Shown here: positions 1 to 12,558 of the stretch, piece after piece
How the letters are laid out: each line of letters opens with the position of its first letter
Position numbering within the stretch: position 1 is the first letter of the stretch
From: Planctomycetota bacterium
Lineage (GTDB): Bacteria; Planctomycetota; UBA1135; UBA2386
DNA: 64,000 bases
Reading direction: 5' to 3'
Assembly (NCBI GenBank): GCA_046290465.1
Contig: JBKAGP010000001.1
Span: 128,001-192,000 of the forward strand
Program-made: the position numbers and the translations under genes
The notes under the pieces: model-generated
Database searches by the model: none
The model's input: only the letters and a program-made list of their open reading frames with translations
Told to the model about the DNA's origin: nothing

Positions 1-798
1 GAGCGGTTCCTCGAGACGCAGCAGGCCGTCGCCGCGAACCTGTGGTCGCTCGGTCTCGTGGCGACCTGGCGCGTGCTGCTGATCATCCGGGTGGTCAGCG
101 TCGTGCACGACGTGCCCTTCCGCCGCGCGGCAGGGGTGGTCCTGCTGGTCGCCGACGTGGTCGCGCTGGCCCTGATCCAGCTGCTGCCGTTCCCGATCAT
201 CGTGGTCATGGGCGGCGCGCAGGATCCGGCGACCGAGACCATCCGCGGAACGGCGTGCGCCGTGCTCGGGTGGGGCGTCGTCACGCTGCCGGTCTGGTTC
301 GGCATGACGATCTTTGCGCGTATCGAAGCTCGCAAGCAGGGGGGCTGGCGCGACGGACCCGCGCTCGAGCCGACGCGCGCGGTGCATGTGTCGATCTGGC
401 TGCTCGCGGCGCTCCTGCTGGCGGCGTCGGGGCCCGCCGTTGGGGCCGCGCAGCATCGTCAGGTGGAGCGTGCAGAGCAGCGGCGCGCCCGGGTCTCGGC
501 TGTGTGGGCTGCGATCGAGGCGTTGCCTCCCCCGAATCCTGCGGGGGAGCTGTCCGCATCGGAGCGGCAGCTATGCAAGCAGCTGCAGGAGGCAGTAGGG
601 GCTCTGGATCGCGACACCATCGAGCGTATGGCGGCAGCGGACACGATCCAGATCGCGGCCGCCGTCTTGCTGCGTCCGGGGTTGGGGGACCCGGTGAAGC
701 CTGTGCTGCGTCAGCTGCTAGACGGGCACGGCCACCCACGCCGATTCCGACTACCGGAGCAAGCCCTGGACGAATGGGTGCGGCTGTTCCGCCACTGA
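1..798 (+). CDS. Hypothetical membrane protein, 5'-truncated by the window edge
   Basis: Frame 1 is open from base 1 to TGA at 796-798. Several hydrophobic TM-like segments are followed by a soluble C-terminus. Confidence 0.7.
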   Translation, partial: ERFLETQQAVAANLWSLGLVATWRVLLIIRVVSVVHDVPFRRAAGVVLLVADVVALALIQLLPFPIIVVMGGAQDPATETIRGTACAVLGWGVVTLPVWFGMTIFARIEARKQGGWRDGPALEPTRAVHVSIWLLAALLLAASGPAVGAAQHRQVERAEQRRARVSAVWAAIEALPPPNPAGELSASERQLCKQLQEAVGALDRDTIERMAAADTIQIAAAVLLRPGLGDPVKPVLRQLLDGHGHPRRFRLPEQALDEWVRLFRH

Positions 799-799
799 G

Positions 800-1108
800 C
801 TAGTCGTCGGACGTCGGCATCGAGCACCCGCTCGGCGCGTCGTCCGTGCCGCAGGTCGGCTTGCAGCCGCCCTTCGGTTCGCTCGACTCCGTGTCCTTCT
901 TGGCGTCCTCGGCGTAGCTCGACGAACGGTAGTCGGTCTCGTAGAAGCCCGAACCCTTGAAGATCACGCCGGCGCCGGTGCCGATCAGCCGCTCGAGCTT
1001 GTTCTTCTTGCACTGCGGACACTTCTTCAGCGGGTCCGCACTCATGCTCTGGAACTCTTCGAAGCGGTGTCCGCAGCTGCTGCAGGCGTAGTCGTAGGTC
1101 GGCATCAC
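800..1108 (-). CDS. FmdB-family zinc-ribbon protein
   Basis: MPTYDYACSSCGH..CPQC..GAGVIFKGSGFYETDY signature; last gene of the chaperone operon. Confidence 0.9.
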   Translation of the reverse strand: MMPTYDYACSSCGHRFEEFQSMSADPLKKCPQCKKNKLERLIGTGAGVIFKGSGFYETDYRSSSYAEDAKKDTESSEPKGGCKPTCGTDDAPSGCSMPTSDD

Positions 1109-1115
1109 TCGGCTC

Positions 1116-1733
1116 CTATTCGCCGGCCTTGGGGCCGGCGACGATCACCCTGCTGTGGCGCACGACGTGCTCGCCGAGCATGTAGCCGGTCTGCATGACG
1201 CGCAGGACCTGGTTCTCGGGCACGTCGGCGTTCGGCTCCTTGCCGAGCGCCTCGTGGCGGGCCGGGTCGAACGGCTGGCCCTCGGCCGGGATCTCCTTGA
1301 GCCCGTGGCGCTCGAGCGCGCCGCTGAGCATCGTGCGCACCATGCGCACGCCCTCGACCAGCGCGTCGACGTCGCCGGCCTGGCCCGCGGCCGAGCCGTC
1401 GGCGGCCTCGCCGTCGTAGCTCTGCAGCGCCAGCCCGAACGTGTCGAGCACCGGCAGCAGCTCCTGGGTCAGGCCTTCGAGCGTGCGCCGACGGCCGTCC
1501 TCGAGCTCCTGGCGCTGGCGGCGCAGGATGTTCTGGGTGTCGGCCATCGCGCGCTGCAGCTTGGCTTCGAGCTGGTCGCGCTCCTCGCGCAGCTTCGTCA
1601 TCTCGGCTTCGTGCGCAGGGATCTCGACGGTCGGCTCGTCGCCGCCCGCGTCGGGGCCGGCGCCTTGGTTCTGCTCGTCGAGGTCCTTGGGGTCTTCCGT
1701 CGAATCTGTCACGTTCGGCTCCTGATCGCTCAC
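1116..1733 (-). CDS. grpE: Nucleotide exchange factor GrpE
   Basis: LLPVLD, [11 protein letters not shown] and [16 protein letters not shown] motifs; GTG start overlaps the dnaJ stop. Confidence 0.95.
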   Translation of the reverse strand: MSDQEPNVTDSTEDPKDLDEQNQGAGPDAGGDEPTVEIPAHEAEMTKLREERDQLEAKLQRAMADTQNILRRQRQELEDGRRRTLEGLTQELLPVLDTFGLALQSYDGEAADGSAAGQAGDVDALVEGVRMVRTMLSGALERHGLKEIPAEGQPFDPARHEALGKEPNADVPENQVLRVMQTGYMLGEHVVRHSRVIVAGPKAGE

Positions 1734-2875
1734 GAGAAGATGTCCTTCACCTTCTCGAAGATCGTCTTCTTCTGGTCCTTCTTGGGCTTCTTGCCGGTCT
1801 CGAGCTCGTCGAACTTGTCGAGCAGCTCACGTTGTTCGGCGGTGATCTTGGCGGGCACGTCGACCTGGATCTGCACCACCAGGTTGCCGCGGCCGTAGCC
1901 GTCGGGGCGGGGCAGGCCGTGGTTGCGAACGCGCAGCTTCTCGCCCGGCTGGGTGCCGGACGGGATCTTCATCATCACCTGTTCGCCGGTGATGGTCGGG
2001 ATCTCGACCTCGTCGCCGATGACCGCCTGGCGGAACGAGATCCGCGTCTGCATCAGCAGGTCGTCGCCGTAGCGCGTGAACACCGGGTGTTCCTTGACGT
2101 GCAGCACGACGATCAGGTCGCCGGGCGGCGCGCCACCCTCGCCGGGTTCGCCCTGGCCGGGGATGCGCTCGGCGTGGCCGTTCTCGATGCCGGCCGGGAT
2201 GGTGATGTTGACCGGCGACGTCTTCGGCACCGCGCCGCGTCCCTTGCACTTGGTGCAGGGCGTCTCGATCATCTCGCCCTGACCCTGGCAGGTCGGGCAG
2301 GTCTGGCGCAGCTGGAAGAACCCCTGCGAACGCACGACCTGGCCGTGGCCCTCGCAGGTCTGGCAGGTCTTCTTGCTGGTGCCGGGCTTGGCGCCGGAGC
2401 CGGCGCAGGTGCCGCAGGCCTCGGCGCGCTTCAGCTCGATGGTCTTCTTGACGCCGGTGGCGACCTCTTCGAGGGTCAGCTCCAGGTCGACCTTGAGGCT
2501 GGCGCCGCGCCGGCCGCGACCGCGCCGGCCGCCGCCGAACAGCTGGTCGAAGAAGCCGCCGCCACCGCCGCCGCCGAACATGTCGCCGAACGCGGCGAAG
2601 ATGTCCTCGGCCGATGAGAAGCCGGCGCCGCCACCGCCGCCCGCGCCGTCGACGCCGGCGTGGCCGAACTGGTCGTAGCGCTGCCGCTTCTGCGCGTCGC
2701 TGAGCACTGCGTAGGCCTCGGCGGCCTCCTTGAAGCGCTTCTCGGCCGCTTCGTCCCCCGGGTTCTTGTCCGGGTGGTTGGCGATCGCGAGCTTGCGATA
2801 GGCCTTCTTGATCGTGTCGTCGTCGGCCGATCGGTCGACGCCGAGGATCTCGTAGTAGTCGCGCTTCGTACTCAT
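1730..2875 (-). CDS. dnaJ: Chaperone DnaJ
   Basis: True start [13 protein letters not shown] (ATG at 2875). HPDKN J-domain, G/F region and four CxxCxGxG repeats. Confidence 0.97.
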   Translation of the reverse strand: MSTKRDYYEILGVDRSADDDTIKKAYRKLAIANHPDKNPGDEAAEKRFKEAAEAYAVLSDAQKRQRYDQFGHAGVDGAGGGGGAGFSSAEDIFAAFGDMFGGGGGGGFFDQLFGGGRRGRGRRGASLKVDLELTLEEVATGVKKTIELKRAEACGTCAGSGAKPGTSKKTCQTCEGHGQVVRSQGFFQLRQTCPTCQGQGEMIETPCTKCKGRGAVPKTSPVNITIPAGIENGHAERIPGQGEPGEGGAPPGDLIVVLHVKEHPVFTRYGDDLLMQTRISFRQAVIGDEVEIPTITGEQVMMKIPSGTQPGEKLRVRNHGLPRPDGYGRGNLVVQIQVDVPAKITAEQRELLDKFDELETGKKPKKDQKKTIFEKVKDIFS

Positions 2876-2901
2876 GCGGCGTCGTGCGGTGGAAGGTCGG
2901 T

Positions 2902-2931
2902 CCCGTCCCGCGGCGGCTGCTGCGGGACGGG
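2902..2931. promoter_or_regulatory. GC-rich intergenic stem-loop between groEL and dnaJ (mRNA stabiliser or attenuator candidate)
   Basis: CCCGTCCCGCGGC-ggct-GCTGCGGGACGGG, a 13-bp stem with no U-tract. Confidence 0.5.
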
Positions 2932-2943
2932 TGGGCGAGCACC

Positions 2944-4554
<1,611 letters not shown>

Positions 4555-4560
4555 CTTGGA

Positions 4561-4854
4561 TCAGCCCTCCACCTTGGCCAGGATCTCGCTCTCGCGAAGG
4601 ATCTTGTAGTCGTCGCCGTCGACCTGCACGTCGCTGCCGGCGTACTTGCCGAACAGGACCACGTCGCCCTTCTTGACGTCGAGCTTGAGGCGCTTGCCGT
4701 CCTTGCCGAGGCGGCCTTCGCCGACCGCGGTCACCTTGCCGCGCTGCGGCTTTTCTTGGGCGCTGTCGGGCAGCAGGATGCCGCCGGCAGTCTTCTCTTC
4801 GGCGTCGAGCACCTTGAGCACGACGCGATCATCGAGGGGTCGCAGGGAAGCCAT
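4561..4854 (-). CDS. groES: Co-chaperonin GroES
   Basis: [23 protein letters not shown] and GKYAG motifs. Confidence 0.98.
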   Translation of the reverse strand: MASLRPLDDRVVLKVLDAEEKTAGGILLPDSAQEKPQRGKVTAVGEGRLGKDGKRLKLDVKKGDVVLFGKYAGSDVQVDGDDYKILRESEILAKVEG

Positions 4855-4908
4855 AATCAGTTACTCCGGATGTGTGTGTGTGGTTGTGTGCGTGAGGGGG
4901 TGGTGCGA

Positions 4909-6528
<1,620 letters not shown>

Positions 6529-6629
6529 CACAACCTTGGGGAGGATTCTGGATACTTCAGGGGTTGGCAGTTCCCGCGCGCCGTTGCACGCGGTGACCCG
6601 ACCTCGTCGTCGAGGCGGTCTGCATAGGA

Positions 6630-8015
6630 ATGGCGCGCGCGAGAGCAAAGGTGGTGCCGATGATGAAGGCGTTGGCCGCGGATCTGCGCGGCGGGTTCGA
6701 AGTTGCTTCTGGCAAACGGTTTGAGGATTCGGCGAACGCAGCGGCCAGCAGCCGCGGCGCGCCGGCCGCGCGACAAACTGTCAGCCTGTCGGACCGACGT
6801 CGTCGGGCCTTGCGCCATTCTGGCAGGGGGGCGTGCGTGGCCGCGGCCCTGTTGCTGGCCGCGGCGCTGCCGGCGCAGGCGTCCCGCCAGCTCGAACTGG
6901 ACCTGCGCAGCGGTCGCAAGCTGCTGGCCGAGCGGCTGATCGGCAGCCCGGAGTCGGGCTACGAGGCCCGCGTCGGGGGCCGCATGCAGAAGGTCGCGGC
7001 CAAGGACCTGCTGGCGGTCCGGCTCGGCCCGGCGACGGCGCCCGAACTGCTGCGCGTCGACCTGGTCGGCGGCGAACGGCTGTTCGGTGCGATCGCCGGC
7101 GGTGACGACAACGGCGACAACCTCGAACTGCTGTCGCCGGTGCTCGGCAAGCGCACGGTGCCGATCGACCGCATCGAGACGGTCGTGCATCCCGGCGTGC
7201 ATCCCGGCGACCAGGTCGTGCCCGAGGGCGTCGACGAGGCGCTGTTCGTCGAGACCCAGCGCGGCTACGACCTGATCGCCGGCACGCTGTTCCGGTTCGG
7301 GCCGCAGGGCGTGCAGTTCCAGGCCGAGGGCCGGGAAGGCGCGCAGTGGTTCGCGCCGCGCAAGTTCTCGTCGCTGCGGTTGCGCGGCGGCCTTCTGCGC
7401 GAGCAGCCGGCCGGCTGCACGCTGCTGACCCGCAGCGGCGACCGCCTCGGCGTCGCGATCGGCCGCTGCAGCGAGGACGGCGTCGAGGTGACGTTCGAGG
7501 CCGGCGACACCGCGACGGTGCGCTGGCTCGACCTCGCCTGCCTGGTGTTCGAGCACGGCGTCACGCACCTGTCGTCGCTGACGCCGACCGAGGTGGTCGA
7601 GCGCGGCTTCGGCGGCGAGCCGGTGCTGCGCTGGCGGCGCGACCGCAGCGTCGTCGGCACCGAACTGCTGGCCCACAACCGCGCCTACGGCCGCGGCCTC
7701 GGCGTGCACAGCATGAGCCGGCTGACCTTCGCCGTGCCCGAGGGCGCGACGCACTTCCGTTCGGCGGTGGCCTTCGACGACTCGGTCAACGCGTTGCCGC
7801 TGCGCGCGCACGCGGTCGCGCGGGTGCTGCGCAACGGCAAGCAGGTGTTCGAGGTCGACGACCTGGCGGCCGGCCAGCCGCCGCGCGACGTCGGCATGCA
7901 GGTCGTCGAGCCCGGCGACACGATCACGCTCGAGGTCGACTACGGCGACGGCCGCGACCTCGGCGATCGGGTCGACTGGCTGATGCCGCTGTTCCTGATG
8001 CGCAGCGGGTCGTAG
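6630..8015 (+). CDS. Secreted NPCBM/NEW2-domain protein (true start probably downstream, e.g. GTG at 6837)
   Basis: Signal-like [15 protein letters not shown]-terminal [35 protein letters not shown] is the NPCBM pattern. Confidence 0.75.
   Translation: MARARAKVVPMMKALAADLRGGFEVASGKRFEDSANAAASSRGAPAARQTVSLSDRRRRALRHSGRGACVAAALLLAAALPAQASRQLELDLRSGRKLLAERLIGSPESGYEARVGGRMQKVAAKDLLAVRLGPATAPELLRVDLVGGERLFGAIAGGDDNGDNLELLSPVLGKRTVPIDRIETVVHPGVHPGDQVVPEGVDEALFVETQRGYDLIAGTLFRFGPQGVQFQAEGREGAQWFAPRKFSSLRLRGGLLREQPAGCTLLTRSGDRLGVAIGRCSEDGVEVTFEAGDTATVRWLDLACLVFEHGVTHLSSLTPTEVVERGFGGEPVLRWRRDRSVVGTELLAHNRAYGRGLGVHSMSRLTFAVPEGATHFRSAVAFDDSVNALPLRAHAVARVLRNGKQVFEVDDLAAGQPPRDVGMQVVEPGDTITLEVDYGDGRDLGDRVDWLMPLFLMRSGS
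6644..6659 (-). promoter_or_regulatory. Putative sigma54 (-24/-12) promoter of the chaperone operon
   Basis: Minus strand reads CGGCACCACCTTTGCT, i.e. GG-N10-GC with GGCAC and TTGC half-sites, ~115 bp upstream of groEL. Confidence 0.65.
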
Positions 8016-8017
8016 CG

Positions 8018-10330
8018 GTGACGCTGCCCGTCGTGCTCGCCACCGGCATGCTGCTCGCGCTGTGCGGGCTGGCCGCGGTGCGCACGGCGCCGGCGATCGC
8101 GCGCTGGCTGGCGCTGCTGGTCGTGCTCGCGTTCACGATCGTGGCCGGCATCTCCGACCGCACCGCCGAACGTCGCATCGAGCCGCGCGTCCAGCAGGTC
8201 GAACTCGCGGGCGAGCTCGCCGAGCACCGCGCCGCGATGCTGCGCGCCGCCGCCCGTTCGGGGCCGCGCAGCCAGGAGCTGCAGCTGCGCTGGCGCACGC
8301 GCGGTGCGGCGGCGGCGCCGGCGGCGGCGTTCGGCGCCGTAACCAGCCTGCCGGAAGCGATGCCGTTCGCCCCCGAGGACGTGCACATCCGCGCCGCGGC
8401 GCGGGTCGAAGCCGACCGGCCGGCGCTGCTCGAGATCGGCGTCGACGGCCTCGATCGCGACGTCCCCGCCGAACTGGTGGTGCGCGACCGCAACGGCGAG
8501 GTGCTGCGCGAGGCGGTCGTGATCGGGGCGACCGTTCGCAGCGTCACGTTCACGCCGATGCAGCCCGGCCGCTACGACGCCGTCCTCGAGGTCGTGGTCG
8601 GCGCGCACCGGGTGCAGGCGTCGGGCGGCTTCGACGTCGAGCCGCCGGCGGAGATCCTGGTCGTCGAGCCGACCGGCGTGCTCGCCGCCGCGCTGCGCGC
8701 GCAGGGCGAACGGGTGCGCGAGGCCGACCGCTGGCCGGCCGACTGGCGGCGTCACCGCCGGGTCGTGCTCGGCCAGGACCTGTCGGTCGCGCAGCAGCGG
8801 GAGCTGGTCGACGCGGTGCGCGACGGCGTCGGGCTGTTCGTGCTCGGCGCCGCGTTCGGACCCGACGGCGCGCCGCTGCGCGCCATCCTGCCGGTGCGGC
8901 CGCTGCCGCAGCAGCCCGACGAAGGCGATGGCGAGGGCCCGGGCGGTGGCGATCCGGAGCCGCGCCCCGAACCGCCCGAAGCGGGCGAGCCGTCGCCGCC
9001 GCCGCCGCCGCAGCCCGACAGGATCGGCGACACCGAGGGCGCGAGTCCGATCTCGGAGGAGCCGATCGAGGTCGACAAGCACGCGATCGCGATGGTGCTG
9101 GTGGTCGACCGCTCCGAGAGCATGGGCAACCGGCTCCCGGACGGCATGACCAAGATGAGCTACGCCAAGACCAGCGCGCTGCGCACCGCGCAGACGCTCG
9201 GCGAAGGCGACCGCGTCGGCCTGGTGACGTTCGGCGACCAGGGAGCGGCGCGCATCGAACTGCCGTTGACCGATGCGACCCGCAGCGCAGCGGTGCGGGC
9301 CGGCATCGAGAAGCTGGCCCACCAGAAGGAGTGGACGTTCTTGCTCAGCGGCCTGCGCAGCGCCCACGCGATGCTGCGCGACGAGCCGGCGGCGGTCAAA
9401 CACGTGGTCGTGCTGACCGACGGCGAGTTCCAGATGGGGCAGGCGCTGCCGCTGCGGCGCGAGGCGCACCTGATGCGTTCGCGCAGCAAGATCACGGTGT
9501 CGATCATCTCGATCGTCGACGCGCAGACCGACCCGGACTTCAAGGCGAAGTCGCGCGAGATCGCGCACGACGGCGGTGGCGAGTTCATCGCGACCGGCAA
9601 CGCCAGCACCGTGCCCGTGCTGGTCAGCGGCGAGGTGACGCGCGCGCTGTCGCGGGCCGGTCGCAAGCCCAACGTGCCGGGCGAGGATCCGGACCGGCCG
9701 GCGCCGCAGGAGGAGCCGCAGCCGGAGCCGCCGCCAGCAGAACAGCCGGAGCAGCCCGCGCCGACGGAGGCGCCGCGCGCCCTGCCGGTGTTCTCGGTGG
9801 TCGAGTCGCCGCTGCTGCAGCCCGAGCCGGCCGAGTGGCCGATGCTCGGTGCGGCCGTCGCGTGCGAGGCGCCGCTCGACAGCCGCGTGCTGCTGGTCGT
9901 CGGCGAGCAGGGCTGGCCGCTGCTGTCGTTCGCCAATCGGGGGCTCGGCCGCGTCGGCGCGTTCGCGGCGGACCTCGGCGGGGCGTCGGGGCGCGCGTTC
10001 CGCGAGGCCGACGCGTTCCCGGCGTGGATCGCGCAGTGGCTGCGGGCGACCGCGGCGGCCGAGCCGTCGGTCGAGGCCGAGGACCTGCGCTCGGACGGCG
10101 AGGTCCGGCCGCCAGCGCCGGTGCCCGACGACGTCGACTACCTGCGCGCGCTCGGCGGCGGCGCCCCGCGCACCGGCGACGAGCCGGCGCCGGCGCCGAC
10201 CGCGGTGGTCGGCAGCGCCGTGGTCGAGCAGGTTTCGCGGCTGGCGCCCTGGCTGCTGCCGCTGCTGCTGCTGCTGGCGATCGCAGAACGCGTGGCGACG
10301 GCGCGTGCGCTGCGGCGCGGGCGCAGCTGA
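8018..10330 (+). CDS. Membrane-anchored vWA-domain protein with glutamine-amidotransferase-like region
   Basis: GTG start at 8018. MIDAS motif VVDRSESM, VVVLTDG, GLGRVGAF; N- and C-terminal TM helices; Pro-rich linkers. Confidence 0.8.
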   Translation: MTLPVVLATGMLLALCGLAAVRTAPAIARWLALLVVLAFTIVAGISDRTAERRIEPRVQQVELAGELAEHRAAMLRAAARSGPRSQELQLRWRTRGAAAAPAAAFGAVTSLPEAMPFAPEDVHIRAAARVEADRPALLEIGVDGLDRDVPAELVVRDRNGEVLREAVVIGATVRSVTFTPMQPGRYDAVLEVVVGAHRVQASGGFDVEPPAEILVVEPTGVLAAALRAQGERVREADRWPADWRRHRRVVLGQDLSVAQQRELVDAVRDGVGLFVLGAAFGPDGAPLRAILPVRPLPQQPDEGDGEGPGGGDPEPRPEPPEAGEPSPPPPPQPDRIGDTEGASPISEEPIEVDKHAIAMVLVVDRSESMGNRLPDGMTKMSYAKTSALRTAQTLGEGDRVGLVTFGDQGAARIELPLTDATRSAAVRAGIEKLAHQKEWTFLLSGLRSAHAMLRDEPAAVKHVVVLTDGEFQMGQALPLRREAHLMRSRSKITVSIISIVDAQTDPDFKAKSREIAHDGGGEFIATGNASTVPVLVSGEVTRALSRAGRKPNVPGEDPDRPAPQEEPQPEPPPAEQPEQPAPTEAPRALPVFSVVESPLLQPEPAEWPMLGAAVACEAPLDSRVLLVVGEQGWPLLSFANRGLGRVGAFAADLGGASGRAFREADAFPAWIAQWLRATAAAEPSVEAEDLRSDGEVRPPAPVPDDVDYLRALGGGAPRTGDEPAPAPTAVVGSAVVEQVSRLAPWLLPLLLLLAIAERVATARALRRGRS

Positions 10331-10350
10331 TCGCGTATCGTCGCGCGCCC

Positions 10351-10650
10351 ATGCCCTCCGTCTCCGATCGCGTCGCCGAGGCGCACCGGCGCCACTGGCG
10401 CACCAACGTTCGTCTCTCCCTGTCGCTGCTCGTGGTCTGGGCGGCGGTCTCGCTCGGCTGTGGCGTGCTGTTCGCCGACGCGCTCAACGCCTGCACCTTC
10501 CTCGGCTTCCCGCTCGGGTTCTGGTTCGCGCAGCAGGGTGCGATCGTGACGTTCGTCGTGCTGATCCTGATCTACGCGGTCGGCATGGCGCGGCTCGACC
10601 GGCGCCTGCAGCGCGAGCTGCAGCAGATCGAGCGGGAGTCCGACGCGTGA
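10351..10650 (+). CDS. DUF4212 / solute:sodium symporter small subunit
   Basis: HWRTNVRL..GFPLGFWFAQQGAI..YAVGM..LD; its TGA overlaps the symporter GTG start. Confidence 0.9.
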   Translation: MPSVSDRVAEAHRRHWRTNVRLSLSLLVVWAAVSLGCGVLFADALNACTFLGFPLGFWFAQQGAIVTFVVLILIYAVGMARLDRRLQRELQQIERESDA

Positions 10651-12443
10651 GCGTGCAGGGCTGGACGTTCCTGTTCGTCGCGTGCACGTTCGGGCTCTAC
10701 CTGTTGCTGGCCTGGCGCGCGCGGGTGCGCGACACCCGCGGCTTCTTCGTCGCGGGCCGCGGCGTGCCGGCGATCGCCAACGGCATGGCGACCGCGGCCG
10801 ACTGGATGTCGGCGGCGTCGTTCCTCGGCATGGCCGGCACGATCTCGATCCTCGGCTTCGCCGGCGGCGTCTACCTGATGGGCTGGACCGGCGGCTTCGT
10901 GCTGCTGGCGCTGCTGCTTGCGCCGTATTTACGCAAGTTTGGCCACTTCACGGTGCCGGACTTCGTCGGCGATCGCTTCGAGTCGCAGACCGCGAGGCTG
11001 GTCGCGCTGCTGTGTGCGCTGTTCATCAGCTTCACCTACGTCGCCGGCCAGATGCGCGGCGTCGGCATCGTGTTCGCGCGCTTCCTCGAGGTCGACGTCA
11101 CCGTCGGGGTGTTGATCGGCATGGTGCTGGTGTTCGTCTACGCGACGCTCGGCGGCATGAAGGGCATCACCTACACGCAGGTCGCCCAGTACTGGGTGTT
11201 GATCTGCGCGTTCGTGGTGCCGGTCGCCGCGATCAGCTACCAGCTGACCGGCCACGCGGTGCCGCAGCTCGGCATGGGCGCGGAGCTGCAGACCTCGGGC
11301 GAACGGCTGCTTGCGACGCTCGATCGCATCCACGAGGACCTCGGCTTCTCGAGCTACACCGAGGCGTTCGAGGGCAGCTGGGACCGCGTCAACGTGTTCT
11401 GCACGACGCTGGCGCTGATGGCCGGGACCGCCGGCCTGCCGCACGTGATCGTGCGCTTCTACACCGTCAAGAACGTGCAGGCCGCGCGCTGGTCCGGCTT
11501 CTGGGCGCTGCTGTTCATCGCGATCCTCTACCTGTCGGCGCCGGCGACCGCCGCGTTCGCGCGCTACTACGTGTTCGAGAGCCTCAACGGCAAGACCGAG
11601 CAGCAGCTGCCGCAGTGGTTCGACACCTGGGAGCGCACCGGGCTGGTGATCTGGCTCGACGACGGCGACGGCAGGATGGCCTACCACGGCCCCGAGCAGG
11701 CCGCGCAGAACGAGCTGTTCCGCACCGGCAAGCTCTCGGCCGCCGAGATGGAGGCGTTCCAGGCCGCGCACGCGCGCTGGCTCGCGAACGAGCCGGGCGG
11801 CCGCGACGTGCGGCCGGAGCTGACCGCGCTCGGCAACGCCGGGCCCGACCGCGACATCCTGGTGCTGGCGCTGCCGGAGATGGCCAACCTGGCCGCGTGG
11901 ATCATCGCGCTGGTCGCGGCCGGCGGCCTCGCCGCGGCGCTGTCGACGGCGTCGGGGCTGCTGCTGGTCATCAGCAGCAGCATCGCGCACGACCTCTACT
12001 ACCGCACGCTGCGGCCGCAGGCCAACGAGAGCGAACGGCTGCGGCTGTCGCGCATCGCGATCGGCTTCGCCGTCGTCGTCGCCGGCCTGTTCGGCATCTA
12101 CCCGCCGGGGTTCGTCGCCGAGGTGGTGGCGTTCGCGTTCGGCTTGGCGGCGTCGTCGTTCTTCCCGGTGCTGGTGCTCGGCATCTTCTCGGTGCGCGTT
12201 GGCACGGTGCCGGCGATCGCGGGCATGGTCGCCGGCATCGGCTTCACCGCCGGCTACATCCTGTCGACGGTCTACTTCGGGGCCGACCGCTGGTGCTTCG
12301 GCATCGGCCCGCAGGGCATCGGGGCGGTCGGCATGGTCGTCAACTTCGTCGTCGCCGGCGCGCTGACGCCGCTCTGTCGCGGGCCGTCGGCTGCGGCTCG
12401 CGAGATGGTCGCGCAGATTCGCGCGCCGGAGCAGGACGCGTGA
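10647..12443 (+). CDS. Sodium:solute symporter (ActP-like cation/acetate symporter family)
   Basis: NGMATAADWMSAASF, GTAGLPHVIVRFYTV and AAGGLAAALSTASGLLL motifs. Confidence 0.92.
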   Translation: MSVQGWTFLFVACTFGLYLLLAWRARVRDTRGFFVAGRGVPAIANGMATAADWMSAASFLGMAGTISILGFAGGVYLMGWTGGFVLLALLLAPYLRKFGHFTVPDFVGDRFESQTARLVALLCALFISFTYVAGQMRGVGIVFARFLEVDVTVGVLIGMVLVFVYATLGGMKGITYTQVAQYWVLICAFVVPVAAISYQLTGHAVPQLGMGAELQTSGERLLATLDRIHEDLGFSSYTEAFEGSWDRVNVFCTTLALMAGTAGLPHVIVRFYTVKNVQAARWSGFWALLFIAILYLSAPATAAFARYYVFESLNGKTEQQLPQWFDTWERTGLVIWLDDGDGRMAYHGPEQAAQNELFRTGKLSAAEMEAFQAAHARWLANEPGGRDVRPELTALGNAGPDRDILVLALPEMANLAAWIIALVAAGGLAAALSTASGLLLVISSSIAHDLYYRTLRPQANESERLRLSRIAIGFAVVVAGLFGIYPPGFVAEVVAFAFGLAASSFFPVLVLGIFSVRVGTVPAIAGMVAGIGFTAGYILSTVYFGADRWCFGIGPQGIGAVGMVVNFVVAGALTPLCRGPSAAAREMVAQIRAPEQDA

Positions 12444-12558
12444 GGGCCATGCCAGCGGCGGGTGCGCCGAACGCTTAGGGATTTCCCTGGGTCGCTCATG
12501 TTGCCGATCGCCGCGCGCCGATCAGGGGAGGGTCGCGCTCGCCACGCGGCTCCTCGCC

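Noticed and set aside
6529..6800. CIRCE operator upstream of groEL
   Set aside because: No TTAGCACTC-N9-GAGTGCTAA match was found.
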